Numbered from the stretch's first letter, positions 29,942 to 39,639 are shown. The stretch: DNA of 64,000 bases from an uncultured delta proteobacterium (GCA_963832165.1 CAWHTE010000004.1:544001-608000); one strand, 5' to 3'. Numbers and translations are program-made. Notes: generated by a model from the sequence alone, not told the origin.

Positions 29942-30739
29942 CTAGCGCGGCAGCTCGATCCGGCGGAAGCGCGCGACCAGGAGGCCGGTCGCCAGCGCGG
30001 CCCATCCGAACGCGCGCAGGTACGGCGAGACCGGGGGGTCCGGGAGGTCCGTGGGCGCGATCCAGGGGGAGAGCGCGCTCACGGGTGCGGCGAGCCATGC
30101 GGGTCCGTGGCGCGCGACGGCGCCCATGAGCCCGGCCAGGTCGGCTCCGAGCAGGCCCGCGAGCTCGATCCCGACCACCGCGGCCCCGAGCCCGCCGAAG
30201 AGCAGCAGCGTCGCAGCGCGCGGCAGCGAGAGCGAGACAGCCATCGCGAGCGCCGCGACGCTCCACGCCCCGATACCGACCGCGAAGGCGGCGCGCAGCG
30301 CGGGTCCCACCGAGAAGCCCGGGCGATCCGCCGCGAGCACGACCGCGAGTGCGAGCAGCGCTCCGCCCAATGCCACGGCGCAGATCCAGGCGCCCGCGAG
30401 CCGCGCGAGCACCAGGCCATCGCGCGTGACGGGCCGCGCGAGCACAGCCTCGACGACCCCCTCCTCGAGCGCCGCAGCGAGCCCATCGGAGGCGAGCAGC
30501 GCTGCGATCGCGTAGGTCCACAGCGCGATCAGCGCGATGCTCGCGATCGCCGCGATCACCTGGAAGTCGTTCGCGGCCCCGGACAGCGTCTCGCCCTGGA
30601 TCGATACTGCGGCCTCGCAATGGCCGCAGCGCGCGATCGCGAGTCCCGCGATCGCGCTCGCGACCGCCGCCGCGACGAGCCCGCGCCGCCGTGCCGCATC
30701 GCGCACCGCTTCGCGCACGAGCGCCGAGAACCCGCTCAT
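29942..30739 (-). CDS. ABC-2 type transporter permease
   Basis: About six hydrophobic segments, LARPVTR motif, 4-nt overlap with the ATPase gene. Confidence 0.7.
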   Translation of the reverse strand: MSGFSALVREAVRDAARRRGLVAAAVASAIAGLAIARCGHCEAAVSIQGETLSGAANDFQVIAAIASIALIALWTYAIAALLASDGLAAALEEGVVEAVLARPVTRDGLVLARLAGAWICAVALGGALLALAVVLAADRPGFSVGPALRAAFAVGIGAWSVAALAMAVSLSLPRAATLLLFGGLGAAVVGIELAGLLGADLAGLMGAVARHGPAWLAAPVSALSPWIAPTDLPDPPVSPYLRAFGWAALATGLLVARFRRIELPR

Positions 30740-31446
30740 CGGCCCACCGCGCGCACGAACGCGTCCTCGAGCGTCTCGCCCTCGCGCACGAGCGTGCGCA
30801 GCGCACCCGATGCGACGACGCGCCCGCGGTCGATGATCGCCACGTGATCGCAGGTGCGCTCCACTTCGGAGAGCTGGTGCGAGCACACGAGCACGGTGGC
30901 GCCGCGCGCGCGCTCGCCTTCGATCCAGCCGCGCGCATCGCGGATCCCGAGCGGGTCGAGCCCGCTCCCGGGCTCGTCGAGCACGAGCAGAGTGGGAGCG
31001 CCGAGCAGCGCGGTGGCGAAGCCGAGTCGCTGGCGCAGCCCCTTCGAGAGCGACGCGATCGGCTCGTGGGCGCGATCGGCGATCCCCGTGCGCTCGAGCA
31101 CCGCGCCGATCGAGGACTCGGCCGCGCCGCTCGCGAGTCCGATCAGCTCTGCGTGCAGCGCGAGCCACCGCGCGGGTGTCGCGCGCCCGGGCAGCGCGAG
31201 TCGCTCGGGCAACAGGCCTACGCCCACGCGCGCACGCGGATCCGCGGGCGCGTGTCCCTGCAGCGCGACCTCGCCCGCAGTCGCGCGCGCGAAGCCGAGT
31301 GCGAGGCGCAGTGCGGTGGTCTTGCCCGCGCCGTTCGGGCCGAGCAGACCCCACGAGCTTCCGACCGGGATCGCGAGATCGAACGCCTCGAGCGCAGTGC
31401 GTCGTCCGTAGCGCTTGTGGGCGGCGCGCCATTCGATCGCGTACAT
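30736..31446 (-). CDS. ABC transporter ATP-binding protein
   Basis: GPNGAGKT, LSKG, LDEP, SH. Confidence 0.92.
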   Translation of the reverse strand: MYAIEWRAAHKRYGRRTALEAFDLAIPVGSSWGLLGPNGAGKTTALRLALGFARATAGEVALQGHAPADPRARVGVGLLPERLALPGRATPARWLALHAELIGLASGAAESSIGAVLERTGIADRAHEPIASLSKGLRQRLGFATALLGAPTLLVLDEPGSGLDPLGIRDARGWIEGERARGATVLVCSHQLSEVERTCDHVAIIDRGRVVASGALRTLVREGETLEDAFVRAVGR

Positions 31447-31510
31447 CGCGTCCTTTCGAATCGGCGCGTTGGTACGGGTTTGATCCCCGATCCCCGCTAT
31501 GCTGGCGCGC

Positions 31511-32236
31511 GTGGCGAACGGCAGCAACAGCGCGGCGCTCGTGATCTCGGCGTTGATCATCGGCTCGTCGATCGTGGCCGGCTCGTTTCTCGTGCGCTCC
31601 GCGGTCGATCGCACGGGTGCCGAGGTGAGTGCGCTCAAGACGGCGATCGAGGCTGCAGCGGCGCCCCCGCCGCGGCGCGATGTCGCGCGGCGCGCGCCCG
31701 TCGACGCGAACCGGCGCTATACCGTGAAAACGGAGGGCTCGCCCGCACGCGGCAATCCGGACGCGAAGATCGCGTTGATCGAGTTCAGCGACTTCCAATG
31801 TCCCTACTGCAGCCGAGCCGTCGCCACGCTCGATGAGGTCAGCAAGGCCTACGGCGACAAGGTGCGGGTCGTGTTCAAGCACATGCCGCTCGGCAATCAC
31901 CCGAAGGCGCCTGCGGCGCACGCTGCGGCCGAGGCCGCGCACCGCCAGGGCAAGTTCTGGGAGATGCACGACAAGATCTTCGCGAACCAGAAGGACATGA
32001 GCCCCGAGAAGTACCGCGAGTACGCGCGCGCGATCGGGCTCGACCTCGCGCGATTCGATCGCGACGTCGCGGATGCCTCGACGAAGCAGCGCATCGACGC
32101 CGACGCCGCCGAAGCGGCGCAGCTCGGCATCAGCGGCACGCCGGCGTTCTTCGTGAACGGCCGCTACCTGGCCGGCGCGGTTCCGTTCGAGCAGATCAAG
32201 GTGCTGCTCGACGAGGATCTCGGGAAGGCAGGCTAG
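31511..32236 (+). CDS. DsbA family thioredoxin-fold protein, N-terminally anchored
   Basis: EFSDFQCPYC, GTPAFFVNG, N-terminal TM segment. Confidence 0.92.
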   Translation: MANGSNSAALVISALIIGSSIVAGSFLVRSAVDRTGAEVSALKTAIEAAAAPPPRRDVARRAPVDANRRYTVKTEGSPARGNPDAKIALIEFSDFQCPYCSRAVATLDEVSKAYGDKVRVVFKHMPLGNHPKAPAAHAAAEAAHRQGKFWEMHDKIFANQKDMSPEKYREYARAIGLDLARFDRDVADASTKQRIDADAAEAAQLGISGTPAFFVNGRYLAGAVPFEQIKVLLDEDLGKAG

Positions 32237-32335
32237 GCAAGGAGGCCGACGAAGTCGGCCGACGCGCAGCGAGGCGGAGCCGAGCGAAGGCCGGGAGCCC
32301 GAGCGCGAGCGATCAGCGAGCGCGAAGGCCCGGCA
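32233..32335 (+). repeat. CTAG/GAA-triloop multi-hairpin repeat, between convergent genes
   Basis: GGCCGAC-GAA-GTCGGCC followed by CGCGCAGCGAGGCGGAGCCGAGCGAAG; related to copies at 46073 and 32868. Confidence 0.65.
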
Positions 32336-32342
32336 AGAGGGC

Positions 32343-32588
32343 CTATTCGCGCCCGCTGCGCGGGTGCACCGTGATGCAGTCGACCCAGAGGTCGTGCACG
32401 AACAGTGCGCTGTCGCGGATCGCGACCTTGCAGCTCTTCTGATCCGGGCTCACCTCGAGCAGGAGGCCCTTGCCGGACCAGAAGCTGCCCGAGCGCGAGT
32501 CGACGAACACGGGCGTACCGCCGTTGGGCATCAGGCACCCGCTCGTGGCGAGCGCGGCGAACAGGCATGCCGCGAGCCGTTTGGGCAT
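32343..32588 (-). CDS. Small hypothetical lipoprotein
   Basis: MPKR, hydrophobic stretch, TSGC lipobox; mature part beta-rich with two further Cys. Confidence 0.7.
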   Translation of the reverse strand: MPKRLAACLFAALATSGCLMPNGGTPVFVDSRSGSFWSGKGLLLEVSPDQKSCKVAIRDSALFVHDLWVDCITVHPRSGRE

Positions 32589-32689
32589 GAGCGGCTCTTC
32601 GGCGGTGCGCGCGCGCGGCTGAAGCGATTGGCCGAAAAGGTGGGAAACATGTCATTGCGGCCAAGCGCGCGCACTGTCAGGCTTGGGCC

Positions 32690-33796
32690 ATGCCGCGCCG
32701 AAAGCCCAGCTCCCGACGTCCCGCGCCGCGTCGCGCCGCGAGCTTTGCGCCGCGCGGACCGCGGCGGATCGTGATGCTCGCGTTCCCGGACGCCCAGATC
32801 CTCGACGTGACGGGGCCGCTCGAGGTGTTCGCGATCGCATCGCGGCTGCTCTCCGAGAGGCAGGTTTCGCGCAGCGAGCCAAAGGCGAGCGAAGTCCACA
32901 AGGCGAGCCGCGATGCGGGCTACCGCTTGGAGCTCGTCGCCGCGAACGCGGGACCCGTGCGCATGAGCTCGGGTCTCGAGCTCGTGGCGCAGCGCGCGCT
33001 GCGCGAGGTGCGTGGCCCCATCGACACGCTGTTCGTCGCGGGCGGCGAGGGCACTCGGCGCGCCGCGGGAGACGCCCAGACGATCGACTGGATCCGGCGC
33101 ATGGACGCGCGAGCGCGGCGCATGGCCGGGGTGTGCACGGGCGCGTTCCTGCTCGCGCGCGCAGGGCTGCTCGACGGTCGCCGCGCCACCACCCACTGGC
33201 GCAGCTGCGGCGAGCTCGCGCGGCGGTTCCCGCGCATCCGGGTCGAGCCCGACCGCATCTACGTGCGCGACGGGCGCATCGCGACGTCTGCGGGCGTCAC
33301 CGCGGGCATGGACCTCGCGCTGGCGCTGCTCGAGGATGATCTGGGCGGCGAGCTCGCGCGCGACGTCGCTCGGCACCTGGTGCTCTTCCTGCGGCGGCCC
33401 GGCGGGCAGTCGCAGTTCAGCGTCCAGCTCGCGAGCCCGCTCGCGGGCCGACCCTCGCTGCGCGAGCTGCAGAGCTGGATCCACGAGCACCCCGATGCCG
33501 ATCTCGGCGTCGACGTGCTCGCGCGGCGCATGGGTATGAGCCCGCGCAATTTTGCGCGCATCTTCACGCGCGAGCTCGCGCTGACCCCCGCGCGCTATGT
33601 CGAGCGCGCGCGCGTGGAAGCCGCGCGCCAATGGCTCGAGGATTCGCGCGCGGGACTCGACGAGGTGGCGTCCGCGTGCGGATTCGGCAGCGCAGAGACG
33701 CTCCGGCGCGCCTTCCAGCGCCTGCTGCGTGTCTCGCCCTCCGCCTATCGCGACGCATTCGCGCAACAGAGATCTCGGAAGGAGATACGAGCATGA
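32690..33796 (+). CDS. GlxA family AraC regulator (DJ-1 domain plus HTH)
   Basis: LDVTGPLEVF, VCTGAF, ATTHW, TSAGVTAGMD, RPGGQSQFS, double HTH. Confidence 0.93.
   Translation: MPRRKPSSRRPAPRRAASFAPRGPRRIVMLAFPDAQILDVTGPLEVFAIASRLLSERQVSRSEPKASEVHKASRDAGYRLELVAANAGPVRMSSGLELVAQRALREVRGPIDTLFVAGGEGTRRAAGDAQTIDWIRRMDARARRMAGVCTGAFLLARAGLLDGRRATTHWRSCGELARRFPRIRVEPDRIYVRDGRIATSAGVTAGMDLALALLEDDLGGELARDVARHLVLFLRRPGGQSQFSVQLASPLAGRPSLRELQSWIHEHPDADLGVDVLARRMGMSPRNFARIFTRELALTPARYVERARVEAARQWLEDSRAGLDEVASACGFGSAETLRRAFQRLLRVSPSAYRDAFAQQRSRKEIRA
32868..32896 (+). repeat. Intragenic copy of the GA-hairpin repeat, in frame in the AraC gene
   Basis: CGCGCAGCGAGCCAAAGGCGAGCGAAGTC is 28/29 identical to 46099-46127. 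Confidence 0.75.
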
Positions 33797-34386
33797 CCAC
33801 GATCGGTTTGTTGTTGTTCGATGGCGCCGAGGAGCTCGACTTCGTGGGTCCCTGGGAGGTGTTCACGATGGCGGCGCTGCTGCGCGACGACGTGCGCGTG
33901 GTGACGATCGCGGAGAGCGCGGAGCCGGTGCGCTGCGCGAAGGGGATGCGCGTGCTCCCGGACCACACGCTCGCCGACGCGCCCGCGCTCGACGTCGTGC
34001 TCGTGCCGGGCGGGCACGGCACGCGACGCGAAGTGGACAACCCGGTGCTGATCGATTGGCTGCGGCGGATCGCGCCCGGGCTGCGCTGGGTGACGAGCGT
34101 GTGCACGGGCGCACTGCTCTTGTGCGAGGCCGGGCTCGCGCGCGGCCGGCGCGTCACCACGCACTGGGCGTTCGTGACGGACCTGCGCAAGCGCTACCCG
34201 GACGTCAGCGTGCTCGAGGACGTGCGCTATGTGCGCGACGGCGACCTCTGCACTGCGGCGGGAGTCTCGGCGGGCATCGACCTCGCGCTCTGGCTCGCGG
34301 GGCAGCTCTGGGGGGTCGAAACGGCGCGCCGGACCCGGCGCAACATGGAGTACGATCCGGCGCCGCCGTACGCGGCGGAGATCTAG
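33793..34386 (+). CDS. DJ-1/PfpI family protein (InhA-like)
   Basis: EELDFVGPWEVF, VPGG, SVCTG, TTHW, AGVSAGID, EYDPAPP. Confidence 0.92.
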   Translation: MTTIGLLLFDGAEELDFVGPWEVFTMAALLRDDVRVVTIAESAEPVRCAKGMRVLPDHTLADAPALDVVLVPGGHGTRREVDNPVLIDWLRRIAPGLRWVTSVCTGALLLCEAGLARGRRVTTHWAFVTDLRKRYPDVSVLEDVRYVRDGDLCTAAGVSAGIDLALWLAGQLWGVETARRTRRNMEYDPAPPYAAEI

Positions 34387-34457
34387 ACGGGGGAAGGCCG
34401 CTGCTCGGGTTTCGCCAACGACCGCTGCACAAGTGGCCGCGTCGCCTGAAGACGGCG

Positions 34458-35210
34458 GTGTTGCACCACTTCAGCAATCGACCGCCCCGCTCGCAGCGCG
34501 TGTACCAGGTGTCGATCGGCGGCGCGCGGTTCAAGCGGATCGTGTTCGCCGATTCCCACCACGCCGCCGCGGTCGCCGCGCGGCTCCAGACGTTCGCGAG
34601 CGAGCGGATCTATCCGGGCCTCGTGTTCGAGCGCGAGCGCGAGCTCTGGGTGGAGTTCATCGAGGGCGAGCAGGTGCAGCGCGCCGACGATGCATTTCTC
34701 GACGCGCTCGCGGCGCTCTTGTGCGTGGTGATGAAGCGCGCACCGCGGCGCGTCCCGCTGCGCGAGACACCGTGGCTCTCGAGCATCGAGGTCGACCTCG
34801 CGTTCCTGGCGCGCGTGGGCGTGCTGCCCGAGCCCGACGCGCTGCGGCTCGCCGCGATCGCGCGCGAGCGCGCTCCCACCGAGGTCTGGGTCGGCTACGA
34901 CGACATCGACACGATCCTCAAGAACTTCGTCTGGGAACGGGGCGGGGGGCTGCGCGCCGTGGACGTCGAGAGCCTCGGGGCCGACGTGCTGATCGGCACC
35001 AGCGCCGCGAAGGCCTCGGTGCGCTGGCTCGGTGACCGGAGAGAGGAATTTCTCTCGCGGATCAAAGAGCTTGGGGCTCCAGACTTCGCGTCCTACTTCG
35101 ACTTCGTCGAGCTCTCGTTCCGGGCGTTCTGGCAGAAGTCGTCGTTCCTCGAGAAGAAGCACCACTTCGTGGACCCCGGGGTCTTCACGCGATTCCTGGC
35201 CGCGAAATGA
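34458..35210 (+). CDS. Hypothetical protein, divergent protein-kinase-like fold (start uncertain)
   Basis: WVEFIEG hinge, D....N (DTILKNF) and VDVE resemble APH/Kdo-kinase motifs; stop overlaps the glycosyltransferase start. Confidence 0.55.
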   Translation: MLHHFSNRPPRSQRVYQVSIGGARFKRIVFADSHHAAAVAARLQTFASERIYPGLVFERERELWVEFIEGEQVQRADDAFLDALAALLCVVMKRAPRRVPLRETPWLSSIEVDLAFLARVGVLPEPDALRLAAIARERAPTEVWVGYDDIDTILKNFVWERGGGLRAVDVESLGADVLIGTSAAKASVRWLGDRREEFLSRIKELGAPDFASYFDFVELSFRAFWQKSSFLEKKHHFVDPGVFTRFLAAK

Positions 35211-36454
35211 GCGGGTCCGGGCGCCACGTCGCGCTGTTCATCCGCTCGCTGGGCTCGCATGGCGCGGGCGGTGAACGCGTGGTGCTCACGCTCGCCGAGG
35301 CGTTCGCTGCGCGTGGGCACCGCGTGGACCTCGTGCTCGGGCGGCGCAAGGGTCATCTCGCCGACATCGCGCCGCGCGGTGTGCGCGTGATCGATCTCGG
35401 GGTGCGCAGCCGGCTGCCGCTGCTCGAGCTGGTGCTGCGCGATCCGCGCTCGGCGCGCGCGATGGGACCCGCGCTCATGGCGCTGCCGCCTCCGTGGATC
35501 CTCGCCGCCGTGCCCGCGCTCGCGGCCTATCTGGATCGCGAGCGGCCCGAGGCGCTGCTCTCGGCGCTCACGTATTCGAACCTCACCGCGCTCTGGGCGC
35601 GCGAGCGCGCACGCTTTCCCGTGCGCGTCGCGATCTGCGAGTACAACACGATGGGCGTGCGCTCGGCGCAGTCGCGCGCGCGCCGATGGCGCGTGATGCC
35701 GGTCGTGGCGGAGCGCTGGTACCCGCGCGCCGACGCGATCCTCGCCTGTTCGCAGGGCGTGGCCGACGATCTCGTGCGCACCGCGCAGCTGCCGCGCGAG
35801 CGGATCACCGTGACCTACAACCCGGTGCCGATCGACGCGATCGAGCAGGCCGCGCGCGAGCCGGTCGCGCACGCATGGCTCGCGCCCGGCGAGCCGCCCG
35901 TCGTGCTCGGCGTCGGGAAGCTCTCGGCGCAGAAGGCCTTCGACGTGCTGCTGCGCGCGTTCGCGCGCGTGCGCGCCGCGCGTCCGGCGCGGCTCGTGAT
36001 CCTGGGTGAAGGTCCGGGTCGGCGCGCGCTCGAGCAGCTCGCGCGCGAGCTCGGGATCGCGGACGACGTCGCGCTGCCGGGCTTCGTAGCGAACCCGTAC
36101 GCGTGGATGGCGCGCAGCGCGGTCTTCGCGCTGAGCTCGCGCTGGGAGGGCCTGCCGACCGTGCTGATCGAGGCGCTCGCGTCCGGCTGCGCGGTGGTGA
36201 GCACGGATTGCCCGAGCGGGCCCGCCGAGATCCTCGACGGCGGCAAGCTCGGACCGCTCGTGCCGGTCGGTGATTCCGCGCTGCTCGCCGACGCGATCGC
36301 GCGAACGCTCGACGCGCCCGCGGACGCTTCCGCACTCCGCGCACGCGCGCGCGATTTCTCGGTCGATGCCGTGACGCCGCGCTATCTCGACGCGCTGCTG
36401 CCCGCGGCCACGCGCGACACGAACGCGGCGAGCCGATCCGCCACCGTGGAATAG
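35207..36454 (+). CDS. GT4 glycosyltransferase
   Basis: GGERV, K..QK, EGLPTVLIEA, DCPSGPAEIL. Confidence 0.9.
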   Translation: MSGSGRHVALFIRSLGSHGAGGERVVLTLAEAFAARGHRVDLVLGRRKGHLADIAPRGVRVIDLGVRSRLPLLELVLRDPRSARAMGPALMALPPPWILAAVPALAAYLDRERPEALLSALTYSNLTALWARERARFPVRVAICEYNTMGVRSAQSRARRWRVMPVVAERWYPRADAILACSQGVADDLVRTAQLPRERITVTYNPVPIDAIEQAAREPVAHAWLAPGEPPVVLGVGKLSAQKAFDVLLRAFARVRAARPARLVILGEGPGRRALEQLARELGIADDVALPGFVANPYAWMARSAVFALSSRWEGLPTVLIEALASGCAVVSTDCPSGPAEILDGGKLGPLVPVGDSALLADAIARTLDAPADASALRARARDFSVDAVTPRYLDALLPAATRDTNAASRSATVE

Positions 36455-37380
36455 CCGTAGTCGCACGCCGTCTCGCGGCCGGCGCGCCCGATCTGCTCGC
36501 GCAGCGCGAAGTTGCCCGCGAGCGCCGCGAGCGCGTCGATCCAGTCGCGCTCGCTGCGCGCGAGCATGCCGTTGCGGCCGGACTCGATCAGGTCGGCGTT
36601 CATGCCCACGTCGCTTCCCACCGCGGGAACACCCGCGGCCATGTACTGGAGCAGCTTGTAGGCGCACTTCCCGCGCGACCACGGCTCGTCGAGCGAGAGC
36701 GGCATGATTCCGGCGTCGAAGCTCGCCACCGCCGCTGCTTCGCCGTCGCGCGTCCAGCGCACGTTCTCGACGCGGCAGCCGGGCAGCTCGAGCTCGCCGT
36801 CGCTCACACACACGAACTCGAGCGGAATCCGGCGCGCGAGCTCGGCGAGCGCCGCTCCGATCTCGCGCACGTAGACGAGGTTCGTCGTGCGCCCCACCCA
36901 GCCGACGCGGAACGGCGTCGCCGAAGCGCGCGGCGCGTGGATCGGCACGTCGAGCGGGACCGCCGAGGGCACGATCGCGGTCGGGAGATCGCCGCACTGC
37001 GCGGCCAGGAAGGCATTGCCGCACGTGGCGGCGTCCGAACACGCGAGCGCGCGCGCAAAGCCGGCGGACCGCCGGCGCCGCGTCCACGCGCCGCGCAGCC
37101 CCGTGCGCCGGCCCCACATCACCGCGTCGTCGAAGTCGAAGATCCGCGCGGCGGGAAGCGCGCGCCAGAAGCGCGCCTCGCGCTGGGTGGGCCGCGCGCG
37201 GTGGATCAGCACCACGTCGCCCGGCGCGACCGACGCGCGCAGCTCGCTGCGCGCGCGGGCGTCGCCCGGATACGCGATCACGCGACAGGCGATCCCGCGC
37301 TGCTCGAGGTGCGGGGCCATCTGGACGAGCCGGATCCGGGTCGAGGCGGTGTGCGCCTTCTCGTAGACGAGGTGGAGCAT
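36382..37380 (-). CDS. GT4 glycosyltransferase
   Basis: STRIR, FDFDDA, GWVG, GKCAYKLLQYMAAG, SDVGMN. Confidence 0.88.
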   Translation of the reverse strand: MLHLVYEKAHTASTRIRLVQMAPHLEQRGIACRVIAYPGDARARSELRASVAPGDVVLIHRARPTQREARFWRALPAARIFDFDDAVMWGRRTGLRGAWTRRRRSAGFARALACSDAATCGNAFLAAQCGDLPTAIVPSAVPLDVPIHAPRASATPFRVGWVGRTTNLVYVREIGAALAELARRIPLEFVCVSDGELELPGCRVENVRWTRDGEAAAVASFDAGIMPLSLDEPWSRGKCAYKLLQYMAAGVPAVGSDVGMNADLIESGRNGMLARSERDWIDALAALAGNFALREQIGRAGRETACDYGYSTVADRLAAFVSRVAAGSSASR

Positions 37381-37428
37381 CGCCGAAAAGCTAGCGGGAT
37401 CGCGGAGCGCCGATACGCTCCCGCGCCG

Positions 37429-38640
37429 ATGCGGGCGCAACGATGGTGGATCGGCGTCGCGTGCGCGGTCGCGCCGGTGATCCTGATCGCGTTCGGCACG
37501 TCGCCGGGCGTGGCGCTCATCGCGATTCCGATCGTGCTCGCGGTCGCGCGCGTGAGCGGGTTGGGCAGCGCGCTCATGCTGGTCGGCTCGAGCGCGGCCG
37601 CGCTCGGGCTCTACGCGGTCGTGCTGCACGTGTCGGGGCTCGACGAGGCGATCTACTACCGGTTCCACGAGCGCTTCGCGACGTGGGATCCGCGCTACGA
37701 GCACCGCGCCTATCGGTCCGGCATCTCCTGGCAGGCGCTCGAGCCCTACGGCGATCTCCAGGCGCTCACGCGCGAGCCGATCGCAGAGCCGCGCCACGTG
37801 CTCTTCCACAGCGACTCCGAGGGATTCCGCAACGACGCCGACTACGCGGACGAGCGGTGGGTGCTCGTGGGCGATTCGTTCGTGGTGGGCGTCGGCTGCA
37901 GCCAGTCCGAGATCCTGCAGTCTCGCCTCGCGGACCGCGGGATCTCCGCCTACAACCTCGCGCACCCGGGCGGGCCGCTCGACTACGAGTCGTACTGGCG
38001 CGCATTCGTCGCGCGCCACGGACGCACTTCGCGCCCGGTGTTGTTCCTGTTCGAGGGCAACGATTTTCCCGAGACGGTCGGCGCGCGCGAGAAGGCGGGC
38101 TGGTGGGTTGCGATCGACCACGGCGTGCGCGACGTGGTCGCTCCGCTCACGCGCCTGTCGACCTATCGCGTGTCGCGCTCGCTCGTCGCGCGCTTCCGCA
38201 AGCGCGGCGAGCTCGGCGCAGAGCAGGTGCTCATGCTGCCGCTCGCGGGCGCGAGGCTCGCGTTCTGGCAGCGCGAGCTCGTCCACGCGCGCAGGACCGA
38301 GCTCGAGGACATGGCGCTCACCGACGCCTCGTTCGCGCGCATGGCCCCCGATCTCGCGGCCGTGTTCTTCATCCCGACCAAGTACCGCGTGTATCAGCGC
38401 TGGCTCGCGCCCGACGAGCAGCTGCCCAACGCGAGCTGGCAGCACCTCGCGCGGCTGTGCGCGCAGTACAGCGTGCCGTGCACGGATCTCACGCCCGCGC
38501 TCGTGCGGCGCTCCGAGGAGCTGCTTCCGCAGGGCCGCTTCACCTGGTGGAAAGACGACACGCACTGGAACGGGGAGGGCATCGACGCGGCCGCGCAGCG
38601 CGTCGCCGAAGTGCTGCGCTCCCTGGGAGGGCGTTCGTGA
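37429..38640 (+). CDS. Membrane-anchored SGNH / AlgJ-AlgX-like O-acetyltransferase or esterase
   Basis: N-terminal TMs; GFRN, VGDSF, FEGND, DDTHWN (DxHW). Confidence 0.78.
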   Translation: MRAQRWWIGVACAVAPVILIAFGTSPGVALIAIPIVLAVARVSGLGSALMLVGSSAAALGLYAVVLHVSGLDEAIYYRFHERFATWDPRYEHRAYRSGISWQALEPYGDLQALTREPIAEPRHVLFHSDSEGFRNDADYADERWVLVGDSFVVGVGCSQSEILQSRLADRGISAYNLAHPGGPLDYESYWRAFVARHGRTSRPVLFLFEGNDFPETVGAREKAGWWVAIDHGVRDVVAPLTRLSTYRVSRSLVARFRKRGELGAEQVLMLPLAGARLAFWQRELVHARRTELEDMALTDASFARMAPDLAAVFFIPTKYRVYQRWLAPDEQLPNASWQHLARLCAQYSVPCTDLTPALVRRSEELLPQGRFTWWKDDTHWNGEGIDAAAQRVAEVLRSLGGRS

Positions 38641-39314
38641 AGCTGCGCAAGGCGGTCCGCAACGCGATCTACGCACCGCCGTGGGTCTCGCGCTGGATCA
38701 CCAATCGCTTTCACAAGCTCTACTACTACCGCCGCGCGCAGACGTGGCGGAACACGCGTTGGCTCGGCACCGACGTGCTCAAGTGTCCCCTCGACCTGTG
38801 GATCTACCAGGAGCTGCTCCACGAGCTGCAGCCCGACTGGATCATCGAGACGGGCACCGCGTTCGGTGGCAGCGCGAGCTATCTCGCGTCGCTGTGCGAC
38901 GTGCTCGGGCGCGGTCAGGTGCTCACGATCGACCCGATCGAGCGGGAGGGGCGCCCACAGCACCCGCGCATCCACTACCTGCGCGGCCTCTCCACGGACC
39001 GCGAGATCCTCGCGCGCGTAGCCGGCGCGATCGAGGGCGCGGGTTCGGTGCTCGTGCTGCTCGACTCGGACCATTCGTACGAGAACGTGCTCGCGGAGCT
39101 GCGCGCCTATCACGGCTTCGTGACCCCGGGCAGCTACTGCGTCGTGGAGGACGGAAACGTCGGCGGACACCCGGTCGCGCGCGAGTTCGGCGCGGGTCCA
39201 CTCGAGGCCGTGGAGAGCTTCCTCGCCGAGACCGACGCATTCGAGATCGATCGCTCGCGCGAGAAGTTCTACCTGACGTTCAATCCCAGCGGATACTTGC
39301 GCCGTGTGCGTTGA
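38637..39314 (+). CDS. CmcI / rhamnosyl O-methyltransferase family SAM-dependent methyltransferase
   Basis: WLG...KCPLDLWIYQE, IIETGTAFGGS, LDSDH, VED, NPSGYL. Confidence 0.88.
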   Translation: MKLRKAVRNAIYAPPWVSRWITNRFHKLYYYRRAQTWRNTRWLGTDVLKCPLDLWIYQELLHELQPDWIIETGTAFGGSASYLASLCDVLGRGQVLTIDPIEREGRPQHPRIHYLRGLSTDREILARVAGAIEGAGSVLVLLDSDHSYENVLAELRAYHGFVTPGSYCVVEDGNVGGHPVAREFGAGPLEAVESFLAETDAFEIDRSREKFYLTFNPSGYLRRVR

Positions 39315-39381
39315 GGGTGCGGTTGCATCCCCCCAAAAGTGGGGGTTGACTCCGCGCGATACTCGGACGATAAAGGAATCG

Positions 39382-39639
39382 ATGATCGAAGAACGACCTC
39401 GCACCCGACGTGTCCTGCGCAGCCTCGCCGCCGCGCTCGCGCTCGTGCCGCTCGTCGCCATGGGCGCGCGCGCGGACGACTACGATCCGCAGCGAGCGGG
39501 GCATCCCGTGAGGATCCTCGCCTACGTGGTCCATCCGGTCGGCGTGATCGTCGATCTCGTGCTCTTCCGACCCGCGCACTGGATCGGGAGCCTGCCCGTG
39601 CTCGACGAGTTGTTCGGACACGAGCCCTACGACGACTAG
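39382..39639 (+). CDS. Small exported hypothetical protein
   Basis: AAAGGA RBS, signal peptide ending ARA, mature HP..ILAYVVHPVG. Confidence 0.7.
   Translation: MIEERPRTRRVLRSLAAALALVPLVAMGARADDYDPQRAGHPVRILAYVVHPVGVIVDLVLFRPAHWIGSLPVLDELFGHEPYDD

Noticed and set aside
38637..39314. Cephalosporin biosynthesis gene
   Set aside because: The CmcI family name is misleading; there are no beta-lactam genes here and the context is glycan modification.
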